In this document: one piece after another, positions 17,635 through 24,000 of the stretch
Layout of the letters: every line of letters begins with the position of its first letter
Position numbering within the stretch: the stretch's first letter is position 1
Origin: Erwinia persicina
GTDB lineage: Bacteria; Pseudomonadota; Gammaproteobacteria; Enterobacterales; Enterobacteriaceae
DNA length: 24,000 bases
Assembly (NCBI RefSeq): GCF_014838825.1
Contig: NZ_JACYMO010000001.1
Location: 432,566-456,565 of the forward strand
Direction of reading: 5' to 3'
Made by a program: the position numbers and the translations under genes
The notes under the pieces: generated by a model
Database searches by the model: none
What the model saw: only the letters and a program-made list of their open reading frames with translations
Told to the model about the DNA's origin: nothing

Positions 17635-18300
17635 TTACTCACTGCGGTTCATTTTTGCTTTCAGCGCCGCCAGCTGCTGGCTGATTTCATCGTCAGCCTG
17701 TAACTCAGCGAACTCCTGATCGAGCGATTTCTTTTTGCCAAAGCTGTGACTTTCGGCTTCCGCTTCCATGTGATCGATGCGGCGTTCGAAAGATTCGAAG
17801 CGGGCCATGGCATCATCAATTTTGCCGCTGTCTAGCTGGCGACGCACGTCGCGTGATGAGGATGCCGCCTGATGACGCAGCGTCAGCGCCTGCTGGCGGG
17901 CACGGGTTTCGCTGAGTTTACTTTCCAGCTCACCAATTTCACCTTTCATCCGCGTCAGGCTCTCTTCAACCTGCCCTGCTTCCTGCTGCAGTGATACCGT
18001 CAGGTCGGTGAGCTTCTGTTTTTCCATTAGCGCGGCACGGGCCAGATCGTCTTTTTCTTTGCGCAGGGCCAGTTCGGCTTTTTCCTGCCATTCGGCCTGC
18101 TGAGTCTCGGCCTGCTCAATTCGGCGCTGTAACTGTTTCTTTTCGGCCAGGGCCCGGGCTGATGTGGAACGCACTTCAACCAGCGTATCTTCCATCTCCT
18201 GAATCATCAGGCGCACCAGCTTCTGCGGATCTTCTGCTTTTTCCAGCAGGGAGTTAATGTTGGCGTTCACGATGTCGGCAAAGCGGGAAAAAATACCCAT
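17635..18300 (-). CDS. pspA: Phage shock protein A
   Basis: The start [40 protein letters not shown] matches the E. coli PspA N-terminus as I recall it. AGAGGA SD upstream, with a coiled-coil body. The tracked TTG start at 18306 is rejected. Confidence 0.95.
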   Translation of the reverse strand: MGIFSRFADIVNANINSLLEKAEDPQKLVRLMIQEMEDTLVEVRSTSARALAEKKQLQRRIEQAETQQAEWQEKAELALRKEKDDLARAALMEKQKLTDLTVSLQQEAGQVEESLTRMKGEIGELESKLSETRARQQALTLRHQAASSSRDVRRQLDSGKIDDAMARFESFERRIDHMEAEAESHSFGKKKSLDQEFAELQADDEISQQLAALKAKMNRSE

Positions 18301-18376
18301 AATCAAAATCCTCTTTCAGTCATTGTCTGGCATTACGCCGGGTGTCGAATAATGCGGTTAAGCTGCATAACACTAT

Positions 18377-18392
18377 TCAAAAGCCGTGCCAG
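18377..18392 (-). promoter_or_regulatory. Sigma-54 (-24/-12) promoter of pspABCD-ycjXF
   Basis: Minus strand reads CTGGCACGGCTTTTGAAT. It has the same spacing as the E. coli pspA promoter TTGGCACGCAAATTGTAT as I recall it (GG at -24, TTG at -12). It lies about 80 nt upstream of the pspA ATG. Confidence 0.8.
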
Positions 18393-18426
18393 TTTTTATC
18401 TTATTGATTTTACATGATCTGATGAC

Positions 18427-18455
18427 TTTACAGGGGCAGACAGTAAGACTAAAGT
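18427..18455 (+). promoter_or_regulatory. Candidate sigma-70 promoter of pspF
   Basis: TTTACA (18427-18432), a 17-nt spacer, then TAAAGT (18450-18455), about 30 nt upstream of the pspF ATG. Motif match only. Confidence 0.4.
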
Positions 18456-18485
18456 GGTTTTTATCACTAACATCTGGTGAAATTA

Positions 18486-19496
18486 ATGATGAGCGAAAAT
18501 CCTGATACCCTGCTCGGTGAGTCCAACAATTTTATCGACGTTCTGGAGCAGGTGTCACGTCTGGCACCGCTCAATAAGCCGGTGCTGGTGATCGGTGAGC
18601 GCGGCACCGGAAAAGAGCTGATTGCCAGCCGTCTGCACTACCTCTCCGAACGCTGGCAGGGACCGTTTATCTCGCTCAACTGTGCGGCCCTGAATGAGAA
18701 CCTGCTGGATTCAGAACTTTTCGGTCATGAAGCCGGGGCGTTTACCGGGGCGCAGAAGCGCCATCTCGGCCGCTTTGAGCGGGCCGACGGCGGGACGCTG
18801 TTTCTGGATGAGCTGGCGACGGCTCCGATGCTGGTTCAGGAAAAACTGCTGCGGGTGATTGAATACGGCCAGCTGGAGCGCGTCGGCGGCAGCCAACCGC
18901 TGCAGGTCAGCGTGCGGCTGGTCTGCGCGACCAATGACGATTTGCCGCTGCTGGCGCGTGAGGGGAAGTTCCGCGCCGACCTGCTGGACAGGCTGGCGTT
19001 TGATGTGGTGCAGCTGCCCCCGCTGCGCGAGCGTCGCAGCGATATCCTGGTGATGGCGCAGCATTTTGCCATTCAGATGTGCCGTGAACTGGGGCTGACG
19101 TTGTTTCCCGGCTTCACCGCTGCGGCAGAACAGCGTCTGCTGGATTACGCCTGGCCGGGTAACGTGCGTGAGCTGAAAAATGTGGTTGAACGATCGGTGT
19201 ACCGTCACGCCAGCAGCGAAATCCCGCTGGATAACATCATTATTAACCCTTTCCAGCGTGCGGAACCGGACGCCATCCCGGCAGATGCTGTTGCGGACGC
19301 CCTGCCTGCGCTGCCCTTCGATTTGCGCCACTGGCAGCTTCATCAGGAAAAAGCGCTGGTGGAGAAAGCACTGGCCCAGGCGCGATTTAATCAGCGCCGT
19401 GCCGCCGGATTGCTGGGGGTGACTTATCATCAGCTTCGCGCCATGTTGAAAAAGCACGATATCAGCGTTGATGATATCGGCGTCGATGAAGACTGA
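18486..19496 (+). CDS. pspF: Psp operon transcriptional activator PspF (sigma-54 bEBP lacking a regulatory domain)
   Basis: LLGESNNFIDVLEQVSRLAPLNKPVLVIGERGTGKELIASRLHYLSERWQGPFISLNCAAL and the GAFTGA loop (EAGAFTGAQ) are present, with a C-terminal HTH. Collinear with E. coli PspF. Start ATG 18486 or 18489, after GGTGA. Confidence 0.95.
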   Translation: MMSENPDTLLGESNNFIDVLEQVSRLAPLNKPVLVIGERGTGKELIASRLHYLSERWQGPFISLNCAALNENLLDSELFGHEAGAFTGAQKRHLGRFERADGGTLFLDELATAPMLVQEKLLRVIEYGQLERVGGSQPLQVSVRLVCATNDDLPLLAREGKFRADLLDRLAFDVVQLPPLRERRSDILVMAQHFAIQMCRELGLTLFPGFTAAAEQRLLDYAWPGNVRELKNVVERSVYRHASSEIPLDNIIINPFQRAEPDAIPADAVADALPALPFDLRHWQLHQEKALVEKALAQARFNQRRAAGLLGVTYHQLRAMLKKHDISVDDIGVDED

Positions 19497-19513
19497 GCCG
19501 GTGAGTCGTGAGC

Positions 19514-19539
19514 AAAAAAAAACCCGCGTTAAGCGGGCT
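19514..19539 (-). terminator. Intrinsic terminator of the RyhB-like sRNA (also the only hairpin downstream of pspF)
   Basis: Minus strand reads AGCCCGC-TTAAC-GCGGGTT followed by a run of U residues (A-run on the plus strand at 19514-22; the last two are also the closing pairs of the stem). On the plus strand the hairpin is followed by CTAAATAA, which is not a U-tract. Confidence 0.8.
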
Positions 19540-19604
19540 AAATAATACTGGAAGCAATGTGAGCAATGTCGTGCTCCTCACCGGCAGAGCCACCGTTGAG
19601 GTGC
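19514..19604 (-). ncRNA. ryhB: RyhB-family Fur-repressed small RNA
   Basis: Minus strand reads GCACCTCAACGGTGGCTCTGCCGGTGAGG-AGCACGACATTGCTCACATTGCTTCCAGTATTA-TTTAGCCCGCTTAACGCGGGTTTTTTTTT. The 33-nt core at 19543-19575 is identical to the E. coli RyhB seed/core region as I recall it. It is preceded by a 5' hairpin and followed by an intrinsic terminator. The 5' end is predicted from promoter geometry only. Confidence 0.85.
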
Positions 19605-19606
19605 AA

Positions 19607-19640
19607 GTGAATAATAATCATTCTCAATATTATCTGTAAA
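19607..19640 (-). promoter_or_regulatory. ryhB promoter with overlapping Fur box
   Basis: -35 TTTACA (19635-19640), an 18-nt spacer, -10 TATTAT (19611-19616), and a predicted +1 G at 19604. GAGAATGATTATTATTCAC (19607-19625) matches the Fur consensus GATAATGATAATCATTATC at 14/19 and covers the -10. An overlapping GATAAT hexamer lies just upstream. Confidence 0.7.
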
Positions 19641-19812
19641 GCGTTTTGTTGAGAATTTTTCTCATTACCATAACAACATCAGGCGTATTCCACTTTCACC
19701 TCCCCCTGTGGCGATCTTTCTGTCGGAAAAACGCGGGCTCGCCGCTGCAAACTTTGGGTGCAGCCAGAGAGTGCGGTACACTGTGTTTATTGCCTGAATT
19801 TTCAGAAGAGTT

Positions 19813-21441
19813 ATGCGCAAACTAATCTCCACCCTGCTTCTCAGCCTGAGTACGCTGAGTGCTCCGGTCTGGTCATCCACGCCTGGCGATATTCGTCAGA
19901 GCGGCTTCGTCTATTGCGTTAATGGCGTAATGAATACCTTTAACCCGCAGATGGCCAGCAGCGGGCTGGTGGTCGATACGCTCGCCGCCCAGCTCTACGA
20001 CCGGTTGCTTGACGTTGATCCTTATACCTACCGGCTGATCCCTGAGCTGGCGGACAGCTGGGAAGTGCTGGACGACGGGGCCACCTATCGCTTCCATCTG
20101 CGTCAGAAAGTGGCTTTCCAGCATACCGCCTGGTTTACGCCCACCCGGACGATGAACGCCGATGATGTGGTGTTCAGCTTTGAACGGATATTTAATCGCA
20201 ACCACCCCTGGCACAATGTCAACGGTGGCAGCTACCCTTATTTCGACAGCCTGCAATTTTCTGACGCTGTACAGAGCGTGAAAAAGCTGGATAAAAATAC
20301 CGTCGAAATCCGCCTCAACAGTCCCGATGCGTCGTTCCTCTGGCACCTCGCGACCCACTATGCGCCGGTGCTGTCGGCCGAGTATGCCGACCAGCTGACC
20401 CGGGTTGACCGTCAGGAGCAGCTGGATCGTGAACCGGTCGGTACCGGGCCGTTTATGCTCAATGACTACCGGGCCGGGCAGTATGTGCGCCTGCAGCGCA
20501 ACGACGCCTACTGGAAAGGCAAGCCGCGCATGTCTCAGGTGGTGATAGATATGGGTGCAGGTGGCACCGGCCGCATGTCCAAGCTGCTGACGGGCGAGTG
20601 TGATGTGCTGGCCTATCCGGCCGCCAGCCAGCTGTCTGTGTTGCGCGACGACCCCCGCCTGCGCCTGACGCTGCGGCCGGGGATGAACATTGCTTATCTG
20701 GCGTTTAACACCCGTAAGGCCCCCCTTGACCGCCCCGAGGTGCGTCAGGCACTGGCGCTGGCGATCAACAATGAACGCCTGATGGAGTCGATTTATTACG
20801 GCACGGCGGAAACCGCCGCGTCGATCCTGCCGCGAGCGTCCTGGGCCTACGACACCGATGCCCGCGTCACGCCGTATAATCCACAAAAGGCGCGTGAAGC
20901 GCTGAAAGCGCTGGGCATTGAAGATTTGCATCTGAATCTGTGGGTGCCGTCGGCCTCGCAGTCGTGGAACCCCAGTCCGCTGAAGACAGCAGAGTTGATC
21001 CAGGCCGACCTGGCTCAGGTCGGCGTAAAGGTAACCATCGTGCAGGTTGAAGGTCGCTTCCAGGAGGCACGGCTGATGGAGATGAATCACGACCTGACGC
21101 TGACGGGGTGGGCAACGGACAGTAATGACCCGGACAGCTTCTTCCGCCCTCTCCTCAGCTGTGCCGCCATTGCCTCACAGACAAATTATGCGCACTGGTG
21201 CAATTCCGGGTTTGATGAATTACTGCATAAAGCGCTGTTGTCGCAACAGCTGGCGAAACGCATCGACTATTATGACCGCGCTCAGGCGATGTTGTCTCAG
21301 GAACTGCCCGTTCTGCCACTGGCCTATTCCCTGCGGTTGCAGGCTTACCGCTACGACATCAAAGGTCTGGTACTGAGCCCGTTTGGTAATGCCTCATTTG
21401 CGGGTGTACACCGTGATGGCGGCGAGGAGAAGTCACCGTGA
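19813..21441 (+). CDS. sapA: Sap (peptide/putrescine-type) ABC transporter periplasmic binding protein SapA
   Basis: 542 aa with a signal peptide. [12 protein letters not shown]...[31 protein letters not shown] is collinear with E. coli SapA. sapBCD follow. Confidence 0.9.
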   Translation: MRKLISTLLLSLSTLSAPVWSSTPGDIRQSGFVYCVNGVMNTFNPQMASSGLVVDTLAAQLYDRLLDVDPYTYRLIPELADSWEVLDDGATYRFHLRQKVAFQHTAWFTPTRTMNADDVVFSFERIFNRNHPWHNVNGGSYPYFDSLQFSDAVQSVKKLDKNTVEIRLNSPDASFLWHLATHYAPVLSAEYADQLTRVDRQEQLDREPVGTGPFMLNDYRAGQYVRLQRNDAYWKGKPRMSQVVIDMGAGGTGRMSKLLTGECDVLAYPAASQLSVLRDDPRLRLTLRPGMNIAYLAFNTRKAPLDRPEVRQALALAINNERLMESIYYGTAETAASILPRASWAYDTDARVTPYNPQKAREALKALGIEDLHLNLWVPSASQSWNPSPLKTAELIQADLAQVGVKVTIVQVEGRFQEARLMEMNHDLTLTGWATDSNDPDSFFRPLLSCAAIASQTNYAHWCNSGFDELLHKALLSQQLAKRIDYYDRAQAMLSQELPVLPLAYSLRLQAYRYDIKGLVLSPFGNASFAGVHRDGGEEKSP

Positions 21442-22403
21442 TTATCTATACACTTCGCAGACTGGTGCTGTTTGTTGTCACGCTGTTTATGCTGACGCTG
21501 CTCGGTTTCAGCCTGAGCTATTTTACCCCTCACGCCCCTCTGCAGGGAGCGTCGCTGCTGGATGCCTGGTTGTTCTGGTTTAAAGGCATCCTGCAGCTGG
21601 ATTTTGGCGTATCCAGCATTAACGGGCAGTCCATAAACTTGCAATTACGTGAGGTGTTCCCGGCCACGCTGGAGCTCTGCTTCATGGCCTTCAGCCTCGC
21701 CCTGATGGTGGGCATCCCACTCGGTATCGCCGCCGGAGTAATGCGTAATAAGTGGCAGGATAAGGCGATCAGCGCCGTGGCGCTGCTGGGCTTTTCCCTG
21801 CCGGTGTTCTGGCTGGCGCTGCTGCTGACGCTGTTTTTCTCGCTCAATCTTGGCTGGCTACCGGTCTCCGGGCGTTTTGACCTGTTGTATCCCGTGCAGC
21901 ATGTCACCGGATTTGCCATGATTGACGCCTGGCTGACCGACTCCCCGTGGCGGCATGAAATGATCGTCAGCGCCCTGAAGCATATGGTGTTGCCAGTGAC
22001 CGCCCTGGCCGTCGCACCGACCACGGAGGTAATCCGCCTGCTGCGCATCAGCACGCGTGAGGTGATGGAGCAGAACTACGTGAAAGCCGCCGCCACGCGA
22101 GGGCTGTCGCTGTGGACCATTATTCGCCGCCACGTGCTGCATAACGCGCTGCCGCCAGTGATCCCGCGTCTGGGCCTGCAATTTTCCACGATGCTGACGC
22201 TGGCGATGATCACCGAGATGGTCTTCAGCTGGCCAGGCCTGGGGCGCTGGCTGATTAACGCTATCCGCCAGCAGGATTACGCGGCGATCTCCGCCGGGGT
22301 AATGGTGGTGGGTGGACTGGTGATCGCCGTGAATGTGCTCTCTGATATTTTAGGTGCTATGACAAATCCGCTGAAACATAAGGAGTGGTATGCCCTCCGA
22401 TAA
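21438..22403 (+). CDS. sapB: Sap ABC transporter permease SapB
   Basis: GTG start overlapping the sapA stop (GTGA). [40 protein letters not shown] is near-identical to E. coli SapB. Confidence 0.9.
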   Translation: MIIYTLRRLVLFVVTLFMLTLLGFSLSYFTPHAPLQGASLLDAWLFWFKGILQLDFGVSSINGQSINLQLREVFPATLELCFMAFSLALMVGIPLGIAAGVMRNKWQDKAISAVALLGFSLPVFWLALLLTLFFSLNLGWLPVSGRFDLLYPVQHVTGFAMIDAWLTDSPWRHEMIVSALKHMVLPVTALAVAPTTEVIRLLRISTREVMEQNYVKAAATRGLSLWTIIRRHVLHNALPPVIPRLGLQFSTMLTLAMITEMVFSWPGLGRWLINAIRQQDYAAISAGVMVVGGLVIAVNVLSDILGAMTNPLKHKEWYALR

Positions 22404-23280
22404 TATTTACGCTGAAAAGCGGCCCCCCAGCCCGCTGCGTCATACCTGGGGGCTGTTCTATCGCGATACCACGGCGATGATCGGTTTTTACGCCTTTATT
22501 GCCGTTCTGCTGCTGTGTATTTTCGGCGGGCTGCTGGCCCCTTACGGACTGGATCAGCAATTCCTGGGCTATCAGCTTCTTCCCCCGTCATGGTCACATT
22601 ATGGCGACGTCTCGTTCTTCCTCGGGACCGACGATCTGGGGCGGGACCTGTTGAGTCGGTTATTAAGCGGTGCCGCTCCGACGGTGGGTTCAGCGATTGT
22701 GGTGACGCTTTTCGCCTCGCTGTGTGCAATGGTGCTTGGGGTGATGGCTGGACTGACCCACGGGCTGCGCTCGGCGGTGATGAACCATATTCTTGACACC
22801 CTGCTGTCAATCCCTTCGCTGCTGCTGGCCATTATTGTCGTGGCTTTTCTGGGACCCCGACTGGAACACGCCATGCTGGCGGTATATCTGGCGATCCTGC
22901 CCCGTCTGGTGCGCGCCATTTACAGCGCGGTACATGAAGAGCTGGAAAAAGAGTATGTGGTGGCCGCCCGTCTGGATGGCGCCAGCAGCCTGGATATTCT
23001 CTGGTATGCGATCCTGCCGAATATACTGGCGCTGCTGGTTACCGAGTTTACCCGCGCCCTGTCGATGGCTATCCTCGATATTGCCGCGCTGGGTTTTCTC
23101 GATTTAGGTGCCCAGCTTCCCTCACCGGAGTGGGGCGCGATGCTGGGTGATTCACTGGAGTTGATCTACGTGGCCCCCTGGACCGTGATGCTACCGGGTG
23201 CGGCGATTATGCTCAGTGTTCTGATTGTTAACCTGTTGGGTGACGGCGTTCGCCGGGCCATCGATGCGGGAGTTGAATAA
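22390..23280 (+). CDS. sapC: Sap ABC transporter permease SapC
   Basis: 296 aa. [40 protein letters not shown] matches E. coli SapC. It overlaps sapB by 14 nt. Confidence 0.9.
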   Translation: MPSDNIYAEKRPPSPLRHTWGLFYRDTTAMIGFYAFIAVLLLCIFGGLLAPYGLDQQFLGYQLLPPSWSHYGDVSFFLGTDDLGRDLLSRLLSGAAPTVGSAIVVTLFASLCAMVLGVMAGLTHGLRSAVMNHILDTLLSIPSLLLAIIVVAFLGPRLEHAMLAVYLAILPRLVRAIYSAVHEELEKEYVVAARLDGASSLDILWYAILPNILALLVTEFTRALSMAILDIAALGFLDLGAQLPSPEWGAMLGDSLELIYVAPWTVMLPGAAIMLSVLIVNLLGDGVRRAIDAGVE

Positions 23281-24000
23281 TGCCGCTGCTCGATATTCGT
23301 AACCTGACCATTGAATTTATGACGGCCGACGGGCCGGTGAAAGCAGTGGATCGGGTCAGTATGACGCTGACTGAAGGCGAAGTGCGTGGCCTGGTCGGTG
23401 AGTCCGGCTCAGGAAAAAGCCTGATCGCTAAAGCGATCTGCGGCGTGACCAAAGATAACTGGCGCATCACGGCAGATCGGATGCGCTTTGATGATATCGA
23501 CCTGCTGCACCTGTCGCCGCGTGAACGGCGCAAGATCGTCGGCCATAACGTGTCGATGATTTTTCAGGAGCCGCAGTCGTGTCTCGACCCGTCAGAAAGT
23601 ATTGGTACCCAGCTTAAGCAGGCCATTCCGCGCTGGACGTGGAAAGGCCGCTGGTTTCAGCGTTTTGGCTGGCGTCACCGCCGGGCGATTGAACTGCTGC
23701 ACCGGGTGGGGATCAAGGATCATAAAGATATTATGAGCAGCTTCCCCTATGAGCTGACCGACGGGGAGTGCCAGAAGGTGATGATTGCCATTGCGCTGGC
23801 CAACCAGCCGCGTCTGCTGATTGCCGATGAGCCGACGAATGCCATGGAGCCGACCACCCAGGCGCAGATATTCCGCCTGCTGTCGCGCCTGAACCAGAAT
23901 AATAACACCACGATCCTTCTGATCAGCCATGACCTGCAGATGCTCAGTCACTGGGCCGACCGGATCAATGTCATGTACTGCGGACAAACGGTCGAAACGG
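23280..24000 (+). CDS. sapD: Sap ABC transporter ATPase SapD, 3' end outside the window
   Basis: It is absent from the ORF track because no stop falls in the window. ATG at 23280 overlaps the sapC stop (TAATG). Translation [13 protein letters not shown]...[16 protein letters not shown]...[13 protein letters not shown] matches E. coli SapD, with Walker A present. Confidence 0.9.
   Translation, partial: MPLLDIRNLTIEFMTADGPVKAVDRVSMTLTEGEVRGLVGESGSGKSLIAKAICGVTKDNWRITADRMRFDDIDLLHLSPRERRKIVGHNVSMIFQEPQSCLDPSESIGTQLKQAIPRWTWKGRWFQRFGWRHRRAIELLHRVGIKDHKDIMSSFPYELTDGECQKVMIAIALANQPRLLIADEPTNAMEPTTQAQIFRLLSRLNQNNNTTILLISHDLQMLSHWADRINVMYCGQTVET

Noticed and set aside
18392-18476. PspF upstream activating sites and an IHF site in the pspF-pspA spacer, including a GTTTTTATC direct repeat at 18392-18400 and 18457-18465.
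   Set aside because: These sites are expected from the E. coli paradigm. I cannot align them confidently from memory, the best IHF-like match (around TTATTGATTT) deviates from WATCAANNNNTTR, and the repeat is AT-rich and could be chance. I did not annotate them as features.
19665-19880. 71-aa minus-strand ORF spanning the sapA start and upstream region.
   Set aside because: It has no SD, overlaps the sapA signal-peptide coding region in antisense, and its sequence is unremarkable. The adjacent real minus-strand feature is the sRNA promoter, not this ORF.
19873-21090. 405-aa ORF antisense to sapA. Similar long antisense ORFs occur at 15292-16239 (opposite ycjX), 8931-9680 (opposite mppA), 18711-19457 (opposite pspF), 853-1455, 12642-13241, 13527-14096, 7291-7824 and 5917-6405.
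   Set aside because: Each lies fully opposite a gene with strong recognisable homology. Their translations are low-complexity and R/G/Q/H/P-rich with no motifs or SD sequences. This is the typical stop-codon-poor antisense frame of GC-rich coding DNA.
1-24000. A window-wide look for CRISPR repeats, IS/transposase or integrase genes, tRNA/rRNA genes, prophage remnants, toxin-antitoxin pairs and defence-system hallmarks.
   Set aside because: I saw no spaced repeat array, no terminal inverted repeats flanking a transposase-like ORF, no cloverleaf-compatible segments in the intergenic regions, and no unassigned multi-gene block. The only unrecognised CDS is the small lipoprotein. By my reading the window is conserved core, not an accessory island.

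Overview
This window reads as conserved chromosomal core of an Enterobacterales genome, Erwinia/Pantoea-like by gene content and an apparent mid-50s %GC (judged by eye, not computed). Almost every large ORF has a recognisable E. coli or Yersinia counterpart. In order: ydfG (5' partial), ynfA, ynfB, ynfD, a 14-TM-type MFS exporter, a four-gene OpuC/OsmU-type osmoprotectant ABC importer, and a solitary BglG-family antiterminator with a textbook RAT/terminator leader. Then come a small unrecognised lipoprotein, the murein-peptide recycling set mppA / mpaA / ycjG, tpx, tyrR, a pspF <-> pspABCD-ycjXF phage-shock locus with a sigma-54 promoter, and sapABC plus sapD (3' partial). The ORF track misses one good non-coding feature: a RyhB-family sRNA gene on the minus strand between pspF and sapA, with a Fur-box promoter and an intrinsic terminator. 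I found no CRISPR array, IS element, integrase, tRNA/rRNA, toxin-antitoxin pair or recognisable defence island, and no convincing novel multi-gene system. The items most worth a second look are the relocated or paralogous RyhB locus, the orphan antiterminator with its unrecognised lipoprotein neighbour, and several unexplained palindromes and repeats in intergenic regions. The many long ORFs antisense to real genes look like the usual artefact of GC-rich coding sequence. All homology statements come from my recollection of reference proteins and RNAs, not from a search.
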